Source: Octopus vulgaris
Taxonomy: Eukaryota
Assembly (NCBI GenBank): GCA_951406725.2
Contig: OX597820.1
Span: 37,262,001 to 37,326,000 of the forward strand
Length of the DNA: 64,000 nucleotides
Direction of reading: 5' to 3'
Positions within the stretch are counted from its first letter, which is position 1. Every line of letters begins with the position of its first letter. The translations under genes and the position numbers were made by a program. The notes below the pieces were generated by a model, which saw only the letters and a program-made list of their open reading frames with translations, made no database searches and had not been told where the DNA came from. Of the stretch, positions 51,420 to 63,094 are shown piece by piece.

Positions 51420-52340
51420 CACACCACAACATGTTACCCAATATGTGAAGCAACACTCATCACTCGCATATTTTGGAATGAATCAAATGGAAGTTGAGTT
51501 GCTGTCAAGCATGAAGAAACACAGCTTACACTTTGAATGTTTTCTCTCTCTCAACAGCTAGTTGTAAATTTTTAAAGCTAGTTTTGTTAGACAACCAATT
51601 TTGTTGGATATAGTGGAAAATTATGGGGATCTAGTTTATTTTGGCAATGTATGCTGAGGATCAATGATGGAAAGAATATTTTCTTGCATGAAGCAGTGGC
51701 AATATTCTTTGAAAGTATAAATGTGAATGTTTCACATTATTTTGACCCTGACTGGCTTGCAACTAAAGCATTTACTGTGGACAATACATCTAATTTAATG
51801 ACTTGAACTTATAACATCAAGTAAAAAAAAAACCCCAGCTGATATACGGGATATATGGTCATATTGTGGTATTTGAAACAAAGCCCACCAGCTTTTAAAA
51901 AGGAAATATTTTTCCAAGTTTCATAAAAAATAAAGCACGAGATATGACCAGAGAGTTAAAAAAAGAATTTGTATAATATATTACTAAATTTTCGCTTCAG
52001 CCAAACGAATTCAAGCTGTCTGCTACTCCATTTGGTGTCGGACAGTGCCTCATAAAATTATCAAATGGAATTGATTATGATGCAGTATGACAACATACTG
52101 AGATTTAAATTTCATTCTGAAGATTTGTTAGTGCTTGACTTCTTTCCATAGAAAATTTATTTATCCAAGTGGCAAGTATCCTTAATTATCCGTACAAAAA
52201 GGATAACATTGTTTGGCGGCACTTTTCTGTGTAAGCAAATATTTCCAAAAATATACCACTTTAAGAACCATTTGAGAACCAATCGATGCCTATTTGAATA
52301 ACGTCTTTACTATTTGCACTGTCCGTTTACCTCAAATATC
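51420..52340 (+). mobile_element. degenerate hAT (Charlie/SPIN-like) transposase remnant
   Basis: YGDLVYFGNV.. (cf. Y....VRW) and LFGGTFLCKQIF (cf. FGSTYLCEQLFS dimerisation motif). Confidence 0.62.
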
Positions 52341-53029
52341 TTGGCTAATGTCTCCTTCCACTTTTTAGACTTAAGTAGGTCCTTATCGAACAAACATGAT
52401 TAAAAGCATTCTAATGGGGTCCCCCCACCCCAAGCATAAGGATATTTATCATGAAAAGATCACGTAGAAGTTTCGGTTGCTCAGGCATAATAAAGATTGG
52501 ATTGGAGTGTCGAAAAACGAAACTAAATACGAACTTTCGAAAATGTCTTATTTACTTTCTTCTATTTAAACACATAAATGCAAACAGATGTACGTAGACC
52601 GACACATACAATATTATATTAATAATACTTACATATTAATAAAGACACAACGAGGGACATGTAATATACACGCAAGAAATAAACACAGAGGAGGCATGGA
52701 TAGCTTCAAGAGAACTTTAAGCTTTTACAGCGAACGTTAATTTTCATTTTAAGGTTCACATAATAAAGAGTGCCGTCTGTATTTCATATAGAGTTCATTA
52801 CCAATTAACTATAATGATCTCGGTCGTCAAAATGTAAGTTATTAAGTGGAACTGAAAGTAATAATGACGTGAATCAAACAATAGCAGGAAGTGAAGTAAA
52901 TTATGGAAGCAATCAGGGGACGTAACTCTATTGTTAACCTGGCTAAATATAAATGCTTCAAATGAAATAAAATTATTTTGCTGGGAGATTTATTTATTCA
53001 CCCCAGCTAGTAAAAATCTAAATGTTTAA

Positions 53030-54100
53030 TGTTTACAAGTACACAGGTACGAAAAAAATCGACTTTTTCTGTTTTTGAAATTTTTTCAGCGGATTCCTAT
53101 GTTTTCGACAAAAGGCAATACTTCCTTTTGTACCCCGCCCCTTTATTATTATTTTTTTTTTTACACACAAACCCCCGTTCCACCGTTTTCGGCTACGGAG
53201 AATACGAAACTGCAAAAAAAAAAAAATTGGCAGAAATCGGCATTTAGAAATTACCCCACCCCCAATTTCTTCATTTTTTAACTTTTTTCAGAATTTTTTT
53301 TTTTTATTTGCAAAATATGTGGAAAAATACAGAGATTATGATCCTAAACAAAATTTCCAAAAATTTTTGTAGTTAGGGTTAGGGGAAAAAAAATCAAAGA
53401 TGAAGAAAGGGGGCGATGGGTGTAGGGTCAAATGTCCAAATGCCGACTTTTGGCAATTTTCAGGAAATTCCGTATCCGAAAACGGGGATTTTTGGAAAAA
53501 AAAAAGGGAGAAAAAAAATAGGCGCAGGAGTGGCTGTGTGGTAAGTAGCTTGCTTACCAACCACATGGTTCCGGGTTCAGTTCGACTACGTGGCACCTTG
53601 GGCAAGTGTCTTCTACTATAGCCTCATGTTGACCAAAGTCTTGTGAGTGGATTTGGTAGACGGAAACTGGAAGAAGCCCGTCGTATAAATATATATGTGT
53701 GTGTGTGTGTGTGTGTATATGTTTGTGTTTCTGTGTTTGTCCCCTCCAACATCGCTTAACAACCGATGCTGGTGTGTTAGAATAAGTACTAAGCTTACAA
53801 AGAATAAGTCCTTGGGTTGATTTGCTCGACTAAAGGTAGGGCTCCAGCATGGCCGCACTCAAATGACTGAAACAAATAAAAGAAAATAAAGAGAAGAAAA
53901 ACTTGGGTTGGAAATGGGGTGGGGGGACAAGAGGAAGTCTTTCCGAAGGAGATTCTGAATATGTCAAAAACCGTGTTTTCAAAATTTTCAATTCCCCACT
54001 CCCCAACCCAAATTTTAAAATTTTAACTTTTTTTCGAATTGTTTTTCAATCTATGTGGGAAAATATGGAGATTAAGAATATGGATAAAAACAATAATTAA
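53030..54100. repeat. foldback-type element split by a SINE
   Basis: TTGGCAGAAATCGGCATTT versus AAATGCCGACTTTTGGCAA; CCGTTTTCGGCTACGGAG versus TCCGTATCCGAAAACGG. Confidence 0.6.
53521..53890 (+). mobile_element. full-length tRNA-like SINE family A
   Basis: GGCGCAGGAGTGGCTGTGTGGTAAG (A box)..GGTTCAGTTCG (B-box-like), (GT)n middle and A-rich tail; inserted in an A-rich site. Confidence 0.85.
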
Positions 54101-54384
54101 TTTCAAATTTTCTATGAGGAAACTCCAAAATTGATTCATACGTCCCTTGCCACCTCATCCTGCTGTTTAAAAGTGAAAACGAATGGCTTGTGTGTTTGGG
54201 TGTGCGCACACGACTGAACAGAGAAAATACACCGAAATATGTTTTACATACCTGTCGTATATGTTGGTTTTATTTTTTCGCTTTAAAGGTAAATGTTCCT
54301 GATAGAAGCAAACACGATATTCAATAATGTTTGTGTTCTTCATTCAGAAAGAATAATAACTTCATGGGACTTCGTTCATATGTA

Positions 54385-55690
54385 TCCCCCCCCCACCAAA
54401 CTTTGTTTATTCGGAATCTACAAGATATAATACATGTTTGTAGAAAATTCCATTAAAAAATATCTATTTTTCTGAAAGTTATGATCATCCAAAGTCGGTG
54501 GGGCAGAAATCTGTAGTTATGCATGGATTTTAAGTGCATGGTGCCCACAAAATTGACCACAATCACTCCAGAAAAGGGAAGATAAGTTTACTTGTTAAAC
54601 AGATACTCCAGATCATTTTTGCAAGGGCACCGTGAAAAGAAATTTGAAAAAACTCCGTCAAAATGGAGAAATTCGAACTTGTTGGTGCTTCCCAACTCTG
54701 AAGTCTGCCTATGCATGTGTGTGTGTGTTTGACACCCTGTCACCACTTATAACCACTGTTGCTGTACATTATTTTCAGTGAAGAGATAGATGTCCTCATC
54801 ATGTTTGTTATCACGTTTCAGCTGATGTACTCTCCAGCCTTCATCATGTGTTCTGATGGAATCTCGAACCCAACCCTTTATTTGACTAATGTTGCAGTGT
54901 TTACGTCCCCACAGCAGTTCGGCAATAAAAAACAAAACAAACAAATAAAAAACACAATAGAATAAGTACTAAGCTTCAAAAATAAGGGGACTTTTCGTTC
55001 GACTAAAGCCCTTCAAGGCGGTGCTCCAGCATGGCGGCAATCAAGTGACTGAAACAAGTAAAGGAGTAACTCCACAATGTCACCTTTCTTCTTCATGATG
55101 AACATCCATCGCTCTTCTATAGTCTGAGTATGGATGTTGTTATTTGGATAAAAAAAAAAATGAGTGAATCATTGACCCACATAAAAAGACCCCCATCAAA
55201 TGCATTTCATGAAATGTTGGTATATTACTGGGCATAACTACAGACTTCTTCCCCCCACCCTGACTTTGGATGATCATGATTTCTAGAAAAATGGATATTT
55301 TTTAATGAAATTTTCTATGAATATGTTATATCATGTAGATTCCGAATGTACAAATTTTTTTGGGGGGGAAGTATTTTAGGAGGGGGTCGGGTGGGGAATT
55401 TTAGAAAATTCACTGGAGTCCACCTCAATTTATTTTAACTTTCAAGAAAATGGATATTTTTTTAATGAAATTTTCTACAAATATACCTTGGACTATGTAG
55501 ATTCTGAGGACAGGAATTTGAGGAGAAAACAATTTGGGGGTTATTTTTGAGAACCTTTCCCCACTCACAAGTGTTTCTGAACAAGTGCATATTTGTAGAG
55601 AATTGCATTAAAAAATATCCATTTTCTTGAAAGTTAAGATGAATTGCAGTGGTCTCCAGTGAATTTTCTGAAATTCCCCACCCCACCCTC
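54385..55690. repeat. two foldback pairs of the ATTTGTAGAAAATT-core family (54385-54515/55230-55370; 55390-55490/55585-55690)
   Basis: Mirror-image arms read directly; the first pair encloses other insertions. Confidence 0.75.
54811..54852 (-). ncRNA. degenerate minimal hammerhead-like motif
   Basis: Minus strand ACAC-aTGATGA-AGGCTG gagagtacat CAGCT-GAAA-CGTG; C3 and the cleavage-site base are non-canonical. Confidence 0.4.
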
Positions 55691-55904
55691 AAAATCAAGC
55701 TGTATCCTAATATGCCACATATTTTATGGACTTTAAAAAATAATTCCTGATGGACAAGGGGCTTTCACAGTCTTCATATTCTTAACTGCTGCCAAGAAGA
55801 ATGGTTGGAGCCTAACTTAGGTTCACATTAGGACAGCTCTCCCACATTTAGTAGCCTTTCATATTGTTGTTAGTAAGCAAGCTACACACAGCCACTCCTG
55901 CGCC

Positions 55905-56475
55905 TATGGAAATTTTTTTTTTTGTTGAATGAATTCCGGTGACCTCCTAATATGCCACAAAACCCTTTTTTGGGTCCTAAAAACTGAGTGGGGTGGGAGC
56001 CTTGTAAATTTGGTAACTTTTGATCCTTTCACCTGCAAGATTTCCGCTAAGAAAAAAAAACTCAGATTTTTTGCGTGGAATCAAGTACCCTGACCTCCTA
56101 ATATACTGCAAAGCCCTTGTTTTTGTTCGGAAAAAAGTGGGGATTGGGAAATCAGAGCCCCCTCCCCCCATATCCCGGAATCAGTGGAAATTTTTTTTTT
56201 TCATTGAATGAATTCCGGTGACCTCCTAATATGCTACAAAACCCTTTTTTGGGGTCCGGAAAATGGGGTGGGGTAAGGTGGAAGCATCGGAAATTCCACC
56301 CCTCACCCCCATTGATCTTTTTTCTGAACCAAAATAAGGAGTTTGCAGTATACTAGGTCAGGGTACTTGATTCCAAGCCAAAAAATCCAAGTTTTTCTTT
56401 CTTAGTGAAAATTGTGCAGGTAAAAGGATCAATGGGGGTGGGGGTGAGTGAAAATTCCAAGGCTTCCACCCCATT
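55905..56475. repeat. ~296-bp family copies, tandem and then inverted
   Basis: Matches 36040-36620; orientation flips near 56320. Confidence 0.8.
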
Positions 56476-56489
56476 CAATTCAGTTATGT

Positions 56490-56970
56490 GAACCTCTATG
56501 AGACTGTGATCAAACCCTGGTTGGAGAGGATTGCTGCATGAAGGCCATATGTATGGCAGCAGCATTAATTTCCTTGGCATACCTCTGGAAAGAATCAAAA
56601 GTGATTGTTGGAGAATTTCTGTGTCTGCGCCAGCCCCAGTTTCTGGTCTCTTAACTACCCCAATTGTAATCCCATAGATTATTATCTGTGGGATGCAGCT
56701 GAGAAAGACACCAGCTTTTCTGTCTGCAAGACCAAGGCCAAACTAGTGGTCAAGATTAGCAAGTTGTTTGGAGATCTTCCCAGAGACACAATGAGGAATG
56801 CATGCACCTGGTTCCAGAGCAATCTTGAAGTTGTGATGTCAGCCAAGGGTGGCTACAGTGAGTAAACTGTTATCCCTAGCCATAGTGTAGTTGATATTTA
56901 AAAAAAAAATTTAAATGGGATATTGTGTATTCACCTTATGCAAGCTGTCACATTTAGCCCGAACACCCTT
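56490..56970 (+). mobile_element. Tc1/mariner-superfamily (maT/DD37D-like) transposase 3' remnant
   Basis: IKPWLERIA..PYVWQQ...HTS..FWSLNYPNCNPIDYYLW (cf. QQD.AP.HT, WPPNSPD.NP.DY.W). Confidence 0.7.
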
Positions 56971-57877
56971 TTGAGAGAGGTATTTATTGTACTGACTTTG
57001 TAGTTCTTTTAACCATACTGCATTACGGTTGTATTCTTCATTTACATTACATATCCCCCCACACACACACACCAGAATAACTCTAGGTTCTCTTGGAGAG
57101 AAGCATTTTCAATCTTGATTGTATGGCTGTCATACTGAGATATATAATATAGCTTACAGATTTTGGGAGCAAATGTGCAGTTTACCACCTTGTGATTATT
57201 TAATTTTTTACAGTAACAAAGTGTTTCAGATCGTGTTTAAGGGCAATCAGTTTATTAGTGTTTTTTGATAGAATTTCCATATAGTTTGGAGAATCTGTCA
57301 TGCAGTCACAGCTGGGGTTTGTGAAATACAATTTTCACTTTGCATTTGTTCACAGTGTCCAACTTTCTTATTTTTTCCTTGAGTCCATTGACATTATTTT
57401 GGAAGGAGGTAATCCAATTTTATATTAATATCTTTTGGATTGGTCTATTTTTCTACCATCTGTTGGTGTTCAAATACAATGGTACAATAGAGGAGGAAAT
57501 TCAATGTCCAAAAGCTGGGAGTATGAATTTGTGCTAGATATTCTCTTGCAACATTGAGTCACCGGGTTTTTTTCCTCAACTCATGTTGGGATCGTTTTCA
57601 TGCAATGCTTTGTGTACGTAAATAGTTAAGTTTTGCTCAAATCTTGATGAATACTGATTTTAATATCTCATATTTCCTCGTTTGTTTTTGTGAGATCATA
57701 AACAGCTTCCACATGTCAGTTTTGTTATTGCTTATCATTGTTATGGTCTTTATATTCTTTTTTACCTTTCAGAGACTCCTCACAGAAAAAGTTTACTGTG
57801 TTGTCAATACAAGTATTTTTTTTGTAAATTTGGCATGAACAATTTTGTTTACATACACATATACACACATATTTATA

Positions 57878-58270
57878 GGTATAACTGTGTTATTAAGAAA
57901 TTTGCTTCCTAACCATATGGTTTCCAATTCAGACCCAAAGCATAGCACCTTGCAAGTGTCTTCCATAATAGCCTAAGGCTGACAAAAACCTTAATGATTA
58001 GATGTGGTAGAAGGAAACTAGAAGCTTGTCATGTATGTATATATGTGTGTACTTGTCTTAACATTGCATGGTAAATGTATAGAAAGAGTCAGCATAATAT
58101 ATGTGTTATTCTTTTCCAGTCTTCCATGAAAACCTGTCTGGCCATGGGGGAATGAATTATTTGGAAGCAGATAAGGGTTAGCAACAAGAAAGGTATCTGG
58201 CTATTGAGTATCTGCTTCAATGGATTTCGTTTGATTTCTGTAATCATGGAAAAATGGATGTTCAAACGCT
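57878..58270 (+). mobile_element. degenerate SINE family A
   Basis: TTGCTTCCTAACCATATGGTTTCC..GCACCTTGCAAGTGTCTTCC. Confidence 0.6.
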
Positions 58271-58404
58271 TATGATAACTATTATCATATACATGATGCA
58301 CTTCTGCACAGTTTCTTTTTATTGAATTCCACTCACAAAGCATCGATCGCACTGAGGTTATAGTAGAAGACACACACTAAAGGTGTTGTACAAGAGTGAC
58401 GACT

Positions 58405-58810
58405 GTGCTGGTATGGTCATATGATGCATATGGATAAGGACAGCTGTGTAAAGAAGTACCAGTCTCTAACTGTGGAGGGAACCTGTTGTAAAAGTAGACC
58501 CAGGAAGACATGGGACAAGGTGGTGAAATATGATCTTCGAACTTCACAGAGGTAATGACTGGTAACTAAGACCTTTGGTGATGTGCTGCGCTTGAGAGGA
58601 CCTGTCAAGCCAACAGCACCCATGCTGTTGGCACATAAAGAGCATCTTTTGATGTTGGGCCTCATGAAGGTGAAGTGGCTGAGCTCCTTTCGAGCGTTGG
58701 GCCTCACGGAGGCAAAGTGGCTGAGCTCCTTTGAGTGTTGGGCCTCGCAGAGGCAATGACCATTATGTCGTTTGAGAAGACCCATCAAGCCAAGCAAAAT
58801 CGCAGTCTAT
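58405..58810 (+). mobile_element. RTE ORF end with a different GC-rich repeated 3'UTR
   Basis: TGGTATGGTCATATGATG..GTAGACCCAGGAAGACATGGGAC; ~40-bp repeats GTTGGGCCTC..AAGTGGCTGAGCTCCTT. Confidence 0.65.
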
Positions 58811-58819
58811 TGTCTCTTA

Positions 58820-59205
<386 letters not shown>

Positions 59206-59463
59206 AATGTTATTTGTTGCTCAGGAAATACAAATGTAATTCCTTATCTACATTTTAAAAAAAAATTTAGAAGTGTTTCTGGCTGAGATTAACTGAAGTT
59301 AACATACTAAACTACCAAGAGGCCATGAGTTCAAAACATTCTGGGGATGATAACAGTTTATTTTAACTGACAATTAAAATTAAGATCTGAAATTTTTGTA
59401 GTAAGGTCTTGGAAATGAATAAAAATTTTTCAAATACTTTTTGGACACATTCATTTTCACATA

Positions 59464-60643
59464 CAAGGGTTAGACAAAATAATGGAAACACATAGCATCA
59501 TAATTTTGAAATATCTATAAAAACATCAAAAGCTTGTTTATTTTTATGTTTTTTGATTTATTATTAGTGTTGCTTAATATGATTTGCTAAAATTGCTGTT
59601 TCTTTTCAGATATCATCAGAAAAAAGTAATTAAAATTCACTAAAATGACAGATCTATCTGACTTCCAAAGACGTCAAATTGTTAGTGCTCGTATGGCAGG
59701 TGCTAGCGTAACAAAAACAGCTGAAATATTTGTCTTGAAAGTAATGACAGCCTTTGAGGGGAAAAAACCTCCTCATCAAAACAAAACTTTCAGATAGAGA
59801 ATGAATTGTTAGAAAGGATCACAAAATTACTCCCCAAATTACTGCAGAGCTTAATGACCACCTTCATATTTCAAATTTTAGGCTATCAGTTTCCACAAAA
59901 ACTGCTTGCCAGATTTCACGGGAAGGCTGCAATCAGAAAACCACTATTTTCAAAAACAAACGTTGCAAAGTGTTTAGAGGGGAGTAAAAATCTACAGAAT
60001 TGGTCCCTAGAGTAGTGGAAGAATGTTATTTTCCCAGACAAGTCATCCTTTATCTTATTTCCAACCACTGGCCAAGTATACATGTGGAGACAGCCAAAAG
60101 AAGCATTTGACTCAGACTGCCTTCTTCCAACTATTAAACATGGAGGAGGATCTGTGATGACCTGGCGAGAGGGGCTATATCTTGGAAATCCCTTCATGGT
60201 AGCATTTATGGTCAAAACTATTTAAGCATTTTATCTGATCAAATTCATCCTATGGTTGCAGAACTGTTTCCAGAGGGAAATGCAATCTTTCAGGATGATA
60301 ATGCACCAATTCACACAGCTAAATTTGTTATTGAATGGCACGAGGAACATTCTAGTGAAGTTGAACATCTTATCTGGTGACCACAGTCCCCAGATCTCAA
60401 TATTATTAAACATTTATGGTGCATTTTAGAAAAACAAGTAAGCAGTTGATATCCTCTACCATCATCACTACAGGAACTGGAGACTGTTTTAGCTGAGGAA
60501 TGGACAAAAATTCCTTTGGAAACAATTCAAACTTTGTATGACTCGATACCATCGTAGAATTGAAGGTGTAATTACTGCCAAAGGCAGTCCTACTCTACAT
60601 CAGAATAAATTTGTTTGAAATTTCCATTATTTTGTCCAACCCC

Positions 60644-60645
<2 letters not shown>
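59464..60645 (+). mobile_element. near full-length degenerate Tc1-like transposon
   Basis: TIRs TA|CAAGGGTTAGACAAAATAATGGAAA and TTTCCATTATTTTGTCCAACCCCTG; transposase remnants MTDLSDFQRRQIVSARMAGASVTKTAE, FQDDNAPIHTA and PQSPDLNIIKHLW. Confidence 0.92.
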
Positions 60646-60699
<54 letters not shown>

Positions 60700-60705
<6 letters not shown>

Positions 60706-60907
60706 TTCATTGTTAAAGTTAGCTATAGTTGCTTCCCCAATATGGGGCCAATAATACTCAACCACAATACAAATAAACACACCAGAAACACCCCTGAAAG
60801 ACAATATAACCTCTTCAAATCACTGTCCTTAAACAATGACTGTCTTGAAAAAAACATATACAAGGCCAAAATCATGGGTCCCAACAGAGTAACAAAGACA
60901 TACATCG
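60700..60907 (+). mobile_element. Penelope-like element fragment (linker to GIY-YIG start)
   Basis: VKVSYSCFPNMGPIILNHN...CLEKNIYKAKI..KTYI, as in PLE (VKVSYSC.PN...II..HN; C...N.IY.A....YIG). Confidence 0.72.
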
Positions 60908-61605
60908 AGAGTTGCATTCGGTACATGTTTATTTGTTTTAGTAATTTTGACTTTGAGTCCCTCCTAGTGTGTGGCATTTATGTGTAATAATACTCTCTAT
61001 ATAATATAAATAAATATATTAAAGTGAAAAAATTGGTGGATTTTTTCTCTTATGAGGTTTTTCATGCTAACTACTTGATAAATTCTTATGAAGATTTTTA
61101 TCCTATTTTTAAATTATAAATTTAACCGGAGTATATTCAATACTGAAATTTTATTCCGAATAAGCATGTTGTTACTGAAATGCAATTTGAAAAAGCTCGC
61201 CATTTACATAGATGTATGAGGAGTGAACAGTTCTATATACTATGTTGGATACGATGGTTGTTCATCTGGTATGTTGATTTTGTTCATTCATTATAAATCT
61301 TGAATTATGCTTGCACTGATGAGTAAAGGATGCAAACCACTGCACTGATTACGAAATCACAGGTGATCTGCAGCTGAATTCTGTTTTTAAATGACTTGCT
61401 TCGAGAGTTGCATTTGGTATAATGTTTATTTATTTTAGTAGTTTTGACTTTAAGAGTCCCTCCTAGTGTGTGGCATTTATGTGTAATAATGCCCTCTATA
61501 TAAATAAATATATTTAAGTGAAAAAATTGGTGGATTTTTTTCTCTTATGAGGTTTTTCACGCTAACTACTTGATAAATTCTTATGAAGATTTTATCCTAT
61601 TTTTA

Positions 61606-61609
<4 letters not shown>
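60905..61609 (+). repeat. ~210-bp direct repeats (60905-61115, 61401-61609), period 496 bp
   Basis: TCGAGAGTTGCATT...TCCTATTTTTAAATT occurs twice with few differences. Confidence 0.92.
61302..61381 (+). ncRNA. type I hammerhead ribozyme
   Basis: Stem I TGCA/TGCA (extendable GAATT/AATTC), core CTGATGA 61316-61322, stem II GTAA/TTAC, GAAA 61353-61356, stem III (A)TCAC-AG-GTGA(T), cleavage triplet ATC ending at 61368. Confidence 0.8.
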
Positions 61610-61649
<40 letters not shown>

Positions 61650-63094
61650 TTTAGAATACACACAACATCTGTACAACTAGAGTATATATATATATATATA
61701 TAATCATATGTAGTTGTAAGCACCAAAGATCTAGGTGTAGGAAGTTAATAAGCTTTGAGTAGTCCATGGTAGGTATAAAAAAACAACTTTCAGGAACAGT
61801 AATAGTTTATTAGCACAGAAGGTTGTATATTTTTCCCATATCGAAGTTCGATAAGCTGAAAAAAGTTTTTTTTTTTATATATTCATAGTTAGCAACTAGG
61901 ATTGCTATGAATGCAAATAAAAATCCAAATTGAAGGAGTGGAGCTGGTAAAATTGAGGCTACATGTTTAATTAGCCAGCAGAACCTCAGAACTAATAATT
62001 ACTCAACGAGAGGTACTCCATTAACCACTCATCAGGCTGAAGATACCTCAGTTAAATGAAGGTTACATTGTCATTAAGTAATCTCAAGTTGTAATTTAAA
62101 ATAAGTGGTGATGCCAGAAGAACAGAGTGAAAAAATAAAATGGTCAGTAATAGAAAAGGAGGTGAAAAATACGGGAGTAGGCAATTGTCTAAAGTTTTTA
62201 AGAATAAAGAAAAAGAGAAGGGGGTTGAAGGGGGAATTTAAGTTAGATTGAAGTGAACTGAAGGGAAGGCTGTTGAGACAACTCCAGTTGTCTCAACATA
62301 AAACACTGTTTATTGTCATCCAATCAATGGACATGATTCAATCATGTGATGTCTTTCACTCCCACATTGTTTATTATTTAAACGTATGTCAATTCATCTG
62401 AGAGAATACTTTATTGACTATCAGGTGATGTTAGATATGCATCGACTCATTGTTGTGGATTTACTCTTTTTGCCTTAGCACACTTGCTGTGGTACAGATG
62501 ATTCATTTGGCATTGTGGATAATTGAAGTTACAGTTCTCCACTTTGCACTTTGGCTTGGAATTGTTTCCTTTGTTCGTTAAGAAAGTTATTATCTGAGCA
62601 CAATATCATTATTCGTCTTTACGTTATAACAGTTGTTGTGAATATTAAGCTGGAGTCATTTTACTATATCAACTATAGAACTGAAATTGTCAGGAATGAA
62701 AAGAAAAGGAAGAAGTCAAATATTTAAGAGTGAGAATAAGGTGGATTTGTTAGGAGAGAAGAGAAAAGGGGGAAGAAAGAGAGGAAGATGGGAGATAAAG
62801 TTATTAGTCATGAGAGGAACATAATTGGAGGTAAATTGGTGGCTTACTACTTAACAGTAAAACTATATATTCAAATATCCTGCATGCATGTTCTGTGAGC
62901 CTACAGTAACTTATAGGTGTGCATACACCTGCATATTCTCATGTGCAGAGAGGAAGATTAGGGAGATGACAGTTAAGAAAATATAAAGGTAGCTAAAAAA
63001 GTTGTATTATAAATACTTCAAGTTGGGGTGGGAATGCAGGAGGAATAGTTAGGGAATAATTGAGGTGGGTGCCATTAACTATACCTTAAGAATG

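Noticed and set aside
53521-53600. tRNA gene
   Set aside because: A/B-box-like head without a convincing cloverleaf, continuing into a SINE body that is repeated many times in the window.
62029-62075. CTGATGA (minus) and CTGAAGA (plus) hammerhead core candidates
   Set aside because: No GAAA after a plausible stem II, and no stem III or NUH site.
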